Virus record (IMG/VR): IMGVR_UViG_3300037851_001080
Location: 1 to 27,312 of that record
Reading direction: 5' to 3' (one strand)
From: a virus
Taxonomy: Duplodnaviria > Caudoviricetes
Length of the DNA: 27,312 nucleotides
A model generated the notes under the pieces. The model had not been told where the DNA came from and ran no database searches. It saw only the letters and a list, made by a program, of their open reading frames with translations. Of this stretch, positions 17,690-26,193 are shown piece after piece. The position numbers and the translations under genes are program-made. Position 1 is the stretch's first letter, and each line of letters starts with the position of its first letter.

Positions 17690-19322
17690 ACACCAGCTCC
17701 ATTTCCTCGTCCACGGTCAGCGCATCCTCGACGCACTCATGGATGAAGGTCATAAATTGATTGGTTGCCGTCTCGATGTATTTGTCCAACGTGTCCAATA
17801 ATTGCTCATACGTGATCTGTTTCGACTGCTCGATGCGGTCAGTCAAAAACTCCAACATAAATAAATCCAGCCGTTCGCTGATATCCACAGCGAACAGGCG
17901 CATCTGCGCATCCAGCACCGGCTTCAATTGTTTCTGCACAAACGCCAGATGATCCTTGCGGTAGAACGACTCGACCCATCGATCATACGTGTCAGTCTGA
18001 CCCTTTGCCTGCCACCGTTTCGATGCGCCCAATACATCATTGGTCTCGCGTTTCAGCACCCGCCCAATCGCATCGCGCCACAACGGGTCGAGCGCATTCG
18101 TCGCCGAGGACGTGGCGCCGTTCGAGTTGGCAGAGCTACCATCGTCCACCGTAGTCATGTTCAACGGCATCAGAATGGCATCCAAACCCTTGCGCGGGTT
18201 CATGTTTTCACGTTCACGAGCTTCATTGCGAGACATAATACCGTTCGTGATGGCGCCGATGTACGCCTGATACCGAACGGCGATATCGCCGCGCAATAGT
18301 CCATCCATCAAATGCTCATAGAAAAATGAGGCGCGGTCTGCGGGTGGCAGGATGCGCAGATTCAATTCCTGTTCGATGCGCGTCGCCCACGGGCGGATTG
18401 TATGATTGACGTAGCCCTGTTCCTGACTGTCAATGCCGCTGCCCCAGCTGGTACTTTTCTCCACATCGCCGATCATGTGAGGCGGGACACGAAAGATGCG
18501 AGCAATTTCAGAGACCTGGAACTTACGCGTCTCCAGGAATTGGGCATCATCGGGCGGGATGCCCAATTTCTCTATACCCATGCCCTCCTCCAAAATGATC
18601 GGCTGATGACTCTGTTCCACGCCCTTTTTCTTCTCCAGTGAATCATTCAAACGTTCAAATGCTTTATCGGATAGTTGACTCGGATGTTTGTATATAATGC
18701 CAGGCGTAGCCCCGTTGCTGAAGAACTTCGAACCAAATTTCTCGGTGGAGATCGAAAGCCCGATGGCGTTGCGCGCCAGGGCGATGCGCGAATATCCAAT
18801 CAAACCGTCGAAGCCAAAAGCGGGGATGTGTAATATTTCCTCGTTCAAAAAGATGCGGGGTTTGCCATCCGTCGTTTGATAATAATAAATACGTTCGCCG
18901 TTCACACGTTCGACCCACATCCGGTCAGGTCGCAGGGGCCAGATTTCCTGCACGTCACCCCGTTTATCGAAAATGGGTTGACCGAAAAAGTTACCCCAGC
19001 CCAGCAAATGCCCAATCATCAATTCACGGAATACCATGCTCGAATGTTCAGGGTTCGGTTGATCATGCAAGAGCCGGTAGTACTGGCTGTCGGTGGCGCG
19101 AAACTTGTTGCGACCCTGCCGTTCATATAGAATCAAGGGCAGGGAGGAAATATCCTCCGAGAGAATCGTGAACGCCGCCAGGACCGCCGAGACAGTCAGC
19201 GATAACTCCGGCGTGATTTTCTCCTCGCTGTAGCTCTTTTGAGTACCCGCCACACGCGTACCGCGCACGGTCTTCTCCACCAGTTGGTTTGAGCGTAACA
19301 TCGACACGGTCAATGGCATCAT
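17682..19322 (-). CDS. Portal protein, HK97 family, with C-terminal extension
   Basis: LLHDQPNP, IWPLRPDRM, EILHI..FGFDGLIGYS, DAQFLETRKFQVSEIARIFRVPPHMIG, NEARERENM; start reassigned to the ATGA overlap at 19322. Confidence 0.95.
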   Translation of the reverse strand: MMPLTVSMLRSNQLVEKTVRGTRVAGTQKSYSEEKITPELSLTVSAVLAAFTILSEDISSLPLILYERQGRNKFRATDSQYYRLLHDQPNPEHSSMVFRELMIGHLLGWGNFFGQPIFDKRGDVQEIWPLRPDRMWVERVNGERIYYYQTTDGKPRIFLNEEILHIPAFGFDGLIGYSRIALARNAIGLSISTEKFGSKFFSNGATPGIIYKHPSQLSDKAFERLNDSLEKKKGVEQSHQPIILEEGMGIEKLGIPPDDAQFLETRKFQVSEIARIFRVPPHMIGDVEKSTSWGSGIDSQEQGYVNHTIRPWATRIEQELNLRILPPADRASFFYEHLMDGLLRGDIAVRYQAYIGAITNGIMSRNEARERENMNPRKGLDAILMPLNMTTVDDGSSANSNGATSSATNALDPLWRDAIGRVLKRETNDVLGASKRWQAKGQTDTYDRWVESFYRKDHLAFVQKQLKPVLDAQMRLFAVDISERLDLFMLEFLTDRIEQSKQITYEQLLDTLDKYIETATNQFMTFIHECVEDALTVDEEMELVYE

Positions 19323-19513
19323 TGCCTCATTCCCATCCAGCCTGCCAGATAGGAGGTCAGGATGCTCTCGCCCACGAGCACCGCACCGCAGACGGTCAGG
19401 GCTGTTGCCACAGAAACACCCAGGCTCACGCCCAGGAACAATAAGACCAGACCCAGCCAGTATGTCCGTTCGACATGTTCCAGGGACGCCCACCGTGCGC
19501 GCAGAGTCTGCAT
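19319..19513 (-). CDS. Small two-helix membrane protein preceding the portal gene
   Basis: YWLGLVLLFLGVSLGVSVATALTVCGAVLV; coupled to both neighbours; similar small genes commonly precede HK97-type portals. Confidence 0.7.
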   Translation of the reverse strand: MQTLRARWASLEHVERTYWLGLVLLFLGVSLGVSVATALTVCGAVLVGESILTSYLAGWMGMRQ

Positions 19514-20328
19514 TACACCACCCCTCGCAACCAGACTTCCGGCAAATAATAATCGGTGGGCCGAAAGATCCCGCTAAAATCAAACTCGTCGGGCTCCAAC
19601 GCCACCGGGACCGCAATATGCCCACGCATATACTCGCCATAAGAATTATCCGGCAGGTTGGCGGCTGTCGCCCATTGCAACAGGTAAGGATATTGTTCGT
19701 GGCTCTTGCCGAAGTCCGCTCGTTTGAACGTCAACAACTTCCGCATTGGCACATTCTCCACCGTCATACGCTCCGGCATTCGCACCTGGAAAATGCGGCG
19801 CTCCTTACTCACCGCCACCATCTGCCCGCCATTGACCATTGTGCCGAAACGGGCTTCCGTGGTTTCATGCCACTCGCCGATACCCCATATTTCTGTGGCG
19901 GGTTTTTCGCTCCATTGCGTCAAGGGGTTGTATAACCAGCCCATCTTTTGTTTCAATGTAAACCCATCCGGCAGAACCACATTCTGCATCAACAATAAAT
20001 CTTCCCCGTCGATCCAGAATGGATAGTGATGTTCGAGCAGTTGCAATCTGCCGATATTCAGCATATCGGAGTGAGTCAACTTGTTGTAATTCGAGATCGC
20101 TGACCATTGCCCAGACCAGCGCCCCTCCGTTTCAGACCACACATAACAATTCACCACCTGGAATTGACCGACTGGCGCGCCGCCTCGGTTGACACTGAAG
20201 CCATACGACTGCATCACGGGTTCATCCCAGCGTCTGACCATCATCAATTCGTAATCATCGGGCGGCGGGACGATCCCACTGACATCCGGCGCGCTAAAAC
20301 CTGGAATGACTGAAATAAAAGGGCTCAT
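19513..20328 (-). CDS. Hypothetical protein in the lysis cassette
   Basis: 271 aa Trp/Pro-rich ORF, ATGA-coupled to the endolysin gene; no recognised motif. Confidence 0.7.
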   Translation of the reverse strand: MSPFISVIPGFSAPDVSGIVPPPDDYELMMVRRWDEPVMQSYGFSVNRGGAPVGQFQVVNCYVWSETEGRWSGQWSAISNYNKLTHSDMLNIGRLQLLEHHYPFWIDGEDLLLMQNVVLPDGFTLKQKMGWLYNPLTQWSEKPATEIWGIGEWHETTEARFGTMVNGGQMVAVSKERRIFQVRMPERMTVENVPMRKLLTFKRADFGKSHEQYPYLLQWATAANLPDNSYGEYMRGHIAVPVALEPDEFDFSGIFRPTDYYLPEVWLRGVV

Positions 20329-21347
20329 GCTTTCGCTTTCAACGTGACGTTCACGGTCTGTTTGACGTAGGTCATATCATCGCCCAGCATGATCGTCACA
20401 GGTAAATCCGGCAGGGTCGCAACCGGCGGAGCCAGCTCTTCGATGTTCATGCCATACGCCCAACACTCCGCGGCAGGCAACATCAACGCCACACCATTGC
20501 GGCTCCATGATTTCAAATGCCACCACGGATATCCGTTCACCTGGCGCACTTCATCGGCAGTCACCGTATCGCCTGCGTTCAGGTCGCCTATATCTACATA
20601 AGATCCTCCGGGCGGGCTGTTGCGGATGTTCGTAAAGACTTTTATTTTTCCGTAGTGCATACTGCCTCCATTGTTCGGCGGTTTGATCGTTTCCAGATCC
20701 AGCCACGCTCTCATCTGTGCAACCGAACCGTTATATACATTCAGATCGCAAGCCCCGTCTCTCGAAGCCCCATACTGGGTACCCATTGCCTTGTCTGTGT
20801 ATTGCCACAATTTCCACGGCGTGGTTCTCCCTATCGGGTTGATTGGCGTCCCATCCGGGTTCGGCTCATAAAACCATTGTGCAGTCCACAGATCAATCTT
20901 GTTCCAGTCGATGCCATACTTCAACTGGCTCGGATAGATATACTCGTTATAAAGCGACGGCGACGTATACAACAGCACCGGCTTCCCCGTCGTCTGTTCA
21001 ACACAGTTGATCCACTGCCATGCCTGATATGCGAAATCAACACTTAAGGTGTTGAATGCCTGTTCGAAGTCGCTCACAAAAAAATGATAGGGCAGATTAC
21101 CAACATATTCGATGAACTTGTCCGCCTGCGATCGCCAACTCAAACCCGAATTCAGATAGTGATACCCGCCTCGGATCGCCATCTGAATCATACCAAGCCA
21201 CAGTGTATCGAACGCTTCATCCCGTTTCAATCCATACCCAACTCGCTGGACCCCAAAATCCAGCTGGTTCACCGCCTCAACCGGTCTAAAAAAAAGATCG
21301 TATTTAGAAACATCGATGCCGTGCGCTCGGGATGTAATGACGTTCAT
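20325..21347 (-). CDS. Endolysin: GH25 muramidase with SH3-like C-terminal domain
   Basis: GIDVSKY, GGYHY, SDFE (DxE), LYTS, LWTAQW, WKLWQYTD, DLNVYNG; then TNIRNSP..IGDLNAGDTV..WWHL; AAGGA RBS before ATG 21347. Confidence 0.9.
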   Translation of the reverse strand: MNVITSRAHGIDVSKYDLFFRPVEAVNQLDFGVQRVGYGLKRDEAFDTLWLGMIQMAIRGGYHYLNSGLSWRSQADKFIEYVGNLPYHFFVSDFEQAFNTLSVDFAYQAWQWINCVEQTTGKPVLLYTSPSLYNEYIYPSQLKYGIDWNKIDLWTAQWFYEPNPDGTPINPIGRTTPWKLWQYTDKAMGTQYGASRDGACDLNVYNGSVAQMRAWLDLETIKPPNNGGSMHYGKIKVFTNIRNSPPGGSYVDIGDLNAGDTVTADEVRQVNGYPWWHLKSWSRNGVALMLPAAECWAYGMNIEELAPPVATLPDLPVTIMLGDDMTYVKQTVNVTLKAKA

Positions 21348-21357
21348 TAATTCCTTA

Positions 21358-21702
21358 TCAGGGCGCAAAGGTAATCTTTGCCGCTCCCGTAATCAACGAC
21401 CAGATCAACCCAACCACTGAGACTCCGAAAATCGTCGCCACCCAAATCCCGATTTGATACCCAACCCACATCACATTGACCTTCTTCGAAACATCATCCA
21501 TTTGATCGGATAGGTGCGACATGGAGGCATAGCCCTGCTCGGCAGTCTTGACGCGTTCATGGATATCGGTGACCACTGTCATCGCCTCGCGCAGAACCGA
21601 AAAAGCAAATCGTAATCCGATTTTGGTCGAAAGATCATCCTCCTCCAGGAGTTTGTCAATTTGTGTCAGTAGACTGTCTGTGGATGATGAATTATCTGGC
21701 AA
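21358..21702 (-). CDS. Coiled-coil protein with C-terminal transmembrane helix (holin/antiholin-like)
   Basis: TTG start with GGAG RBS; hydrophobic IGIWVATIFGVSVVGLIWSLI; directly before the endolysin. Confidence 0.6.
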   Translation of the reverse strand: MPDNSSSTDSLLTQIDKLLEEDDLSTKIGLRFAFSVLREAMTVVTDIHERVKTAEQGYASMSHLSDQMDDVSKKVNVMWVGYQIGIWVATIFGVSVVGLIWSLITGAAKITFAP

Positions 21703-21715
21703 GGTTCTTCTCCAT

Positions 21716-21796
21716 AAACAAAAAGCGCCTGACGAGTCACAAGACTCGTCAGGCGCATCGGTTCTGACAAACGTCCCGGTAAAAAACTGGGACTGC
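21716..21796 (-). promoter_or_regulatory. Structured leader copy 1: small hairpin plus intrinsic terminator
   Basis: GCAGTCCCAG..CCGGGAC, then GCGCCTGACGAGTC-TTGT-GACTCGTCAGGCGC-TTTTTGTTT (14-bp perfect stem). Confidence 0.75.
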
Positions 21797-21802
21797 GCTG
21801 GA

Positions 21803-21857
21803 TATTTTCCTATGGCGGATGGCGTGAGGGGGACACGTCACCCGCCATAGGAAAATA
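21803..21857. repeat. 16-bp perfect inverted repeat
   Basis: TATTTTCCTATGGCGG (21803-21818) / CCGCCATAGGAAAATA (21842-21857). Confidence 0.9.
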
Positions 21858-21883
21858 ATAGCACTCTAAAACCTAAAAGTCAA
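21855..21883 (-). promoter_or_regulatory. Sigma70-type promoter for the lysis/structural operon
   Basis: TTGACT, 17 bp, TATTAT, with an extended TGn motif. Confidence 0.7.
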
Positions 21884-21893
21884 GGAGAGAATG

Positions 21894-23501
21894 TTACCCC
21901 TCGTCGCTCACTCCAATCCTGAGGATGCCACGTTTCTCGTATACGCTTTTCGATGTCTCATAAAATTTGGCACGCGCCATCGCACAGACCCAGGCAACGA
22001 TCAGGTCAATACGCTTTGTGCGGTCCAGATTCTTGCCCTTGCGTTCCTTCACATATTTGATTTGCGCATTTCCATTCTTGACGATGGATGTATTGCCAAA
22101 GCACCAACGCGCCACCGGATGCGCTTCATGGGTCAGTTGTTTGTTACGCAGGAGCACTTCCACCTGGTTCATCGGATCAGTCAACACCGCATATTGCTGG
22201 GGGATATCCACGCAGGTCAGATGATCCTGTTCGAGTCGTTGCCATAGCATCGTGGCAAATGATTTATCTCCATCCAATTCAATGACCTTATAAAGTTTGC
22301 GAGCCTCCTGAATGCGCTCCTCGATGACAGTGTAGTCAATGACATTGCCCTCGGTGGGTTGGACCCACCCCTGCGCCGCCCATTCATTATACGGCACATG
22401 GTCTTCCTTGATGCGCTTCTGCATGTTCTCTTCAGGTATCCAACAGTCCCAGATGACGCGCCAGTCATCGAATCCGTCTTGAGGCGGGAAGACCAGGCAC
22501 ATGGCGCTCAGGTCGGTCGTCGTTGAAAGGTCGAGACCGAGATAACAATCCTTGCCCAGCAGGTCCGTACGACTCCACGCGCTTATGGTCGAATCGAAGA
22601 GATCGAGTGGCAGCCAGCTAGAAAGTTTGGTGGTCACCCATTGACAGAGATTCAACCAGCGAAACAAACGTTCATCGGCAGGATGGAACTTCGCCTCCTC
22701 CGCCAAATCACGCAGATCTTCGACCTGTAATGTGACGCCCAGCGACGGGTTTGCCTTTGACCAGTTTTCCTCGTTGTAAATGTCTTCCCCGTTATAGGCA
22801 TAGATGACAGGATACCAGGTGGAGATATCCTTTTTCTTGTTACCCGCCTCCCGCGCCTTTAGAATTGATTCGGCTTTCTCATGCACTTCCCACGCTATCG
22901 AAAGCCGATCAGGGTCATCGCCTGCCGTAGTGATCACCCACCAAATCGGCTGGCGGCGCGCCAAGCCTGCGCCCTTGATCATCACATCATATAGATCACG
23001 ATTAGGTTGGACATGGAGTTCATCGAATACGCAACAGGAGATATTCCATCCATGTTTGGTATACGACTCGGCGCTGATGACCTTCAAAATAGTGCCGGTC
23101 TCTTTGTTCTCGATTAACTTCTTGCTGTCGGTGATCTTCACCCGTTTCAGTAACGCCGGTTCCTGCTCGATCATCTCCACCAAGGGATAATAAATTGTTT
23201 GCTCTGCCTGTTCACGATCGCCAGCGCACAAAACAATTTGTCCGTTTGGTTCTTCACGATCAAAGAGATGCTTATTCCCGACCCCGGACGTGAGCTGGCT
23301 CTTGGCGTTCTTTTTGGCGCACTCGACATAGACATAACGATACTGGCGCACGCCACGCGGGTTCAACGTCCCATACACATCCCACACGATCTGCCGTTGC
23401 CACGGCATCAGCCGAAAAGGTTGACCATGAAAATCACCCGTGAGCTTCATCAACTCAATAAACTTGACCGCCCGCTCGGCTTTTGATTCATCGAATAGCA
23501 T
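21894..23501 (-). CDS. terL: Terminase large subunit (HK97-like, cos type)
   Basis: LMPWQ, Walker A-like AKKNAKS, Walker B VFDELH, ITTAG, ANPSLG, GLDLSTTTDL, RIDLIVA. Confidence 0.96.
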   Translation of the reverse strand: MLFDESKAERAVKFIELMKLTGDFHGQPFRLMPWQRQIVWDVYGTLNPRGVRQYRYVYVECAKKNAKSQLTSGVGNKHLFDREEPNGQIVLCAGDREQAEQTIYYPLVEMIEQEPALLKRVKITDSKKLIENKETGTILKVISAESYTKHGWNISCCVFDELHVQPNRDLYDVMIKGAGLARRQPIWWVITTAGDDPDRLSIAWEVHEKAESILKAREAGNKKKDISTWYPVIYAYNGEDIYNEENWSKANPSLGVTLQVEDLRDLAEEAKFHPADERLFRWLNLCQWVTTKLSSWLPLDLFDSTISAWSRTDLLGKDCYLGLDLSTTTDLSAMCLVFPPQDGFDDWRVIWDCWIPEENMQKRIKEDHVPYNEWAAQGWVQPTEGNVIDYTVIEERIQEARKLYKVIELDGDKSFATMLWQRLEQDHLTCVDIPQQYAVLTDPMNQVEVLLRNKQLTHEAHPVARWCFGNTSIVKNGNAQIKYVKERKGKNLDRTKRIDLIVAWVCAMARAKFYETSKSVYEKRGILRIGVSDEG

Positions 23502-23503
23502 AC

Positions 23504-24055
23504 CTATAACATCTCTTCCATTTCACTCTTTGGTTCATCTGGTTCCTTCTCCTGCGGCACCACACCCGCACGTGAACGCGGGGTCAAATACAACGATTGA
23601 GCCAGGGCGAATATCATTTTCCGTTTGCCATCCATGCGCGCATCCATGCCCTGAAAACGCTGCAAGAGCGCGTTCGCCTGGGCGAGGGCGTCGAAGTAAT
23701 GCTTGAGCTGATCCGCTTTTGGTTTCATAGCGTTCAACATTTTCAGATGTTGAAGCCACAATTTTTTGATTGATGCACGCAAAAGGAATAACTCGATCAG
23801 TTCCTCCTCCGCTAAACAATATTTGACGAGGATGTCCGCGTCGAACGCCGTGACGATGGTCCCTTCGGTCTCGACGTACAGTCCCACCAGTCGCCTCCAT
23901 ATTGCCGCGGCTGACGCGTGTCCCTTCAACTCGGCGGGCGGCTTGATTTTCAATGCAGTCTTTGGCGTCATCATAGACTCCGCCGAAACACGTGCCTCAC
24001 GGTCCGCTTTGGTATCATGTCGAGTTGATAAAGATACTGGTTTACGTGCTGGCAT
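23504..24055 (-). CDS. terS: Terminase small subunit (P27-like)
   Basis: MPARKP..., PPAEL, D..ILVKYC, LYLTPRSRA; immediately upstream of terL. Confidence 0.85.
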   Translation of the reverse strand: MPARKPVSLSTRHDTKADREARVSAESMMTPKTALKIKPPAELKGHASAAAIWRRLVGLYVETEGTIVTAFDADILVKYCLAEEELIELFLLRASIKKLWLQHLKMLNAMKPKADQLKHYFDALAQANALLQRFQGMDARMDGKRKMIFALAQSLYLTPRSRAGVVPQEKEPDEPKSEMEEML

Positions 24056-24074
24056 ATAAACACCCTGGGTCGGG

Positions 24075-24170
24075 AATTTCCGACATTGGGAGAAAAAAAT
24101 GTGCACGAGTACCCAACCGGTCTAGGTATCCCATAGTCAGAGATTCAATCCCCCCTCCCCCGAGTGCGAC
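24075..24170 (-). other. Probable cos packaging region
   Basis: GGGGAGGGGGGATTGAATCTCTG...AGACCG...TTTTTTT between the HNH and terS genes, the usual layout of HK97-like cos phages; cut site not determinable. Confidence 0.5.
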
Positions 24171-24525
24171 TGCCATCATGGGCGGTCTTATAGTTATGAC
24201 ATGAATTACATAACAATTGTTCATTACTTCTATCATCAGTACCACCTTGTCGAAGAGGGACAACATGGTCGCGCACAGTTCCAAGGACACGCACATGCGG
24301 ATGGCGATGATATGGATCTTCGCACCATTTGAGTCGCTTGATCAAATCTCCACGCTTTTTTTTATGGACGACACCATAGCCGCGTCTCGCCGCACTGGGA
24401 CGAGCATCCTCCAGTGTGGACTTGAGCGATGGTCGTCCTGCTTGCTTGGCACACTCAGGACAACCATCACCATCAGCCAACAGCCAGGGATGTTGAGCGC
24501 ATGGACGTGGCGGTTTTCTAGGCAT
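24145..24525 (-). CDS. HNH endonuclease (HK97 gp74-like terminase cofactor)
   Basis: RPSAARRGYG, DHVVPLRQGGTDDRSNEQLLCNSCHNYKT. Confidence 0.92.
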   Translation of the reverse strand: MPRKPPRPCAQHPWLLADGDGCPECAKQAGRPSLKSTLEDARPSAARRGYGVVHKKKRGDLIKRLKWCEDPYHRHPHVRVLGTVRDHVVPLRQGGTDDRSNEQLLCNSCHNYKTAHDGSRTRGRGD

Positions 24526-24953
24526 TATCCGTGATGTGAAAAAGCACGAACATTGAATCCATGCACGAGTGTTCGATGGAAGCGTTTGGTTCCCACGATC
24601 TGCACCACATAGGCAAACACAATCCCAACGACTTTGGCAAACTCGGCGAGTTGTACATCCACGTCACTGAATTCAAACTGCGGATAAAGTTTATATACCA
24701 CAGTGACCATGACAAGGACCGCTAGGTTCGCTACCGCAGACCACTTCCCCGCAGTCCCATCATTGACCACACCTGCCCACTTCAGCACATTGATCAACAA
24801 AGCGACCAATGCAGACGTGCCAGCGAGACCTTCAATGATCAGTAGGATATTTTCCAGTGGTACGCCGAATAATCCCAGGATGGCAGCAAAGATCACCCCC
24901 AACCCAACGGGCAATCCGAGCTCTTTCAAAGTTTGAGTTAAATCAATTTTCAT
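24525..24953 (-). CDS. Multi-pass membrane protein (holin-like)
   Basis: About four hydrophobic segments; LVALLINVLKWAGVVNDG motif; TAAGGAG RBS. Confidence 0.6.
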   Translation of the reverse strand: MKIDLTQTLKELGLPVGLGVIFAAILGLFGVPLENILLIIEGLAGTSALVALLINVLKWAGVVNDGTAGKWSAVANLAVLVMVTVVYKLYPQFEFSDVDVQLAEFAKVVGIVFAYVVQIVGTKRFHRTLVHGFNVRAFSHHG

Positions 24954-24976
24954 TTCATCTCCTTATGGTTTGAGTT

Positions 24977-25053
24977 AAACAAGAACACCCGACAACTCCA
25001 TAGAATCGTCGGGTGCATCAACCAACAGAATGTCCCAGATGAACTAGGACTGC
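24977..25053 (-). promoter_or_regulatory. Structured leader copy 2: small hairpin plus terminator-like hairpin
   Basis: GCAGTCCTAG-TTCAT-CTGGGAC, then GCACCCGACGA...TTGTCGGGTGT-TCTTGTTT; TATAAT upstream at 25080-25075. Confidence 0.7.
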
Positions 25054-25098
25054 AAATTATTCAATTGTTCATGAATTATACATTAAAACATATAAGAC

Positions 25099-25335
25099 TT
25101 ACGCAACGGCACGGGGGTTAGTGGCTGTGCGCTTGCCGCAATTGGAGCAATGAACTCCGTCACGGATAATGATAGTGGGACAGTGCCGTAAAGTATAGCC
25201 CACTGCGCGCGGCGTTGGGCAGACCCTCTGCACCTCAATAGCCTTGAGGTGCAGAGCTTTCATAAGCGGTACGGCGATCTGTCCAATTTCAATAACTTCT
25301 TCTTTTTCGAACTCCATAAAAAAAATTTGTTTCAT
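25099..25335 (-). CDS. Cassette ORF reading through attC-like site A
   Basis: AAAGGA RBS; C-terminus CPTPRAVG..HC..CSNCGKR is encoded by the attC sequence. Confidence 0.6.
   Translation of the reverse strand: MKQIFFMEFEKEEVIEIGQIAVPLMKALHLKAIEVQRVCPTPRAVGYTLRHCPTIIIRDGVHCSNCGKRTATNPRAVA
25101..25220 (-). mobile_element. attC-like site A (degenerate, 120 bp)
   Basis: Minus strand GCCCAAC-GCCGC-GCGCAGTG...CACTAAC-9 bp-GTTGCGT. Confidence 0.6.
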
Positions 25336-25436
25336 ATTATAGATTCCTTTGTTTGCCGTTCAAAGACTTCGATTTTGCGCCGCATCGCCTTCCCACAAGA
25401 ATACATGACTATTACCAATACACAAATTCATTTTGC

Positions 25437-25568
25437 TCATCTGCCCAATGCACAAATCAACGCGGTAAGAAATAAAACAAAAATAGGAACAAAAAAATGA
25501 GCGCATGTAAGCCACAGGGGTTTTTCCTTTTCGTCCCGCTCGCTATGAATTGTTGAATGCAATCTCAT
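25437..25568 (-). CDS. Small membrane protein (43 aa)
   Basis: MRLHSTIHSERDEKEKPLWLTCAHFFVPIFVLFLTALICALGR; no clear RBS. Confidence 0.35.
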   Translation of the reverse strand: MRLHSTIHSERDEKEKPLWLTCAHFFVPIFVLFLTALICALGR

Positions 25569-25612
25569 TGTTTTTAACGTGGTTTCCGTCCGTCGCGCGT
25601 ATTGTTAGGTGC

Positions 25613-25706
25613 GCCCAACGGTTTGCGTAACCCGCAAAAACGGGGGACGCCGAACCTGATAATTTTGCCCGACTCTAGTTTTTGTCGGGTTCACGCTTTG
25701 TTAGGC
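25613..25706 (-). mobile_element. attC-like site B (94 bp)
   Basis: GCCTAAC-AAAGC-GTGAACCCGACAAAAAC...GTTTTTGCGGGTTAC-GCAAACC-GTTGGGC; two unpaired bases in the stem. Confidence 0.82.
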
Positions 25707-25870
25707 TTCGCCACGCCATTCAAGCGCGCTGTTTCATACGCTGACCAACTTGCGAAGCCCGAAGCCTTTGCGATCTCGTTCAACCTTTCGCGCCTGCGAG
25801 ACTGCCTGCGTTTTTGGGTGGTGTCACCTTTCGGGGCTGGTTTCCCAGCCCCCTTTTTTTCTTTTTTCAC
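25691..25870 (-). CDS. Small basic protein (59 aa), possible DNA-binding regulator
   Basis: GTG start overlapping the upstream TAG; KKEKKGAGKPAPKGDTTQKRRQSRRRERLNEIAKASGFASWSAYETA; stop inside attC B. Confidence 0.6.
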   Translation of the reverse strand: MKKEKKGAGKPAPKGDTTQKRRQSRRRERLNEIAKASGFASWSAYETARLNGVAKPNKA

Positions 25871-26160
25871 TAAAAACCTGCCTTCGTTGCCGCTGTCACT
25901 GTTATTTCGTAAAGATTATAAGTGCCGTTGTGATTGTCAATTGCCATCTTGAAGGGGATGATTTCTCCGTTGTGCATAAAGTAAATTTTTCCAGTTTCTT
26001 TATTTTGAATTGCTATTACTGGTATTTTTGTTCCGCAATGCTCTGACAATCTTACTGATTCAGTTAAATCACAATCTCGGTAAATTGTTGCAACTTGTTC
26101 ATAATCTTCCATTGTCCAGTTTTTAATCATTTCTTTGTAGATTTCGTTATGATTTTTCAT
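25870..26160 (-). CDS. Hypothetical protein (96 aa), AT-rich cassette gene
   Basis: AAGGAG RBS; own promoter upstream. Confidence 0.75.
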   Translation of the reverse strand: MKNHNEIYKEMIKNWTMEDYEQVATIYRDCDLTESVRLSEHCGTKIPVIAIQNKETGKIYFMHNGEIIPFKMAIDNHNGTYNLYEITVTAATKAGF

Positions 26161-26193
26161 TTTCGTTTCTCCTTGTTTGTTATTGATAAAGGT

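Noticed and set aside
2944-18299. Long plus-strand ORFs (e.g. 6712-7368, 8574-9212, 13266-13970, 15372-16004)
   Set aside because: They are antisense shadows of GC-rich minus-strand genes with no recognisable motifs.
19323-19640. N-terminal extension of the 652-aa portal ORF in the track
   Set aside because: It overlaps two better-supported coupled genes; the ATGA overlap at 19322 is the more plausible start.
24145-24525. HNH gene as a homing endonuclease or intron marker
   Set aside because: Its size, motifs and position before terS fit the ordinary gp74-like packaging cofactor.
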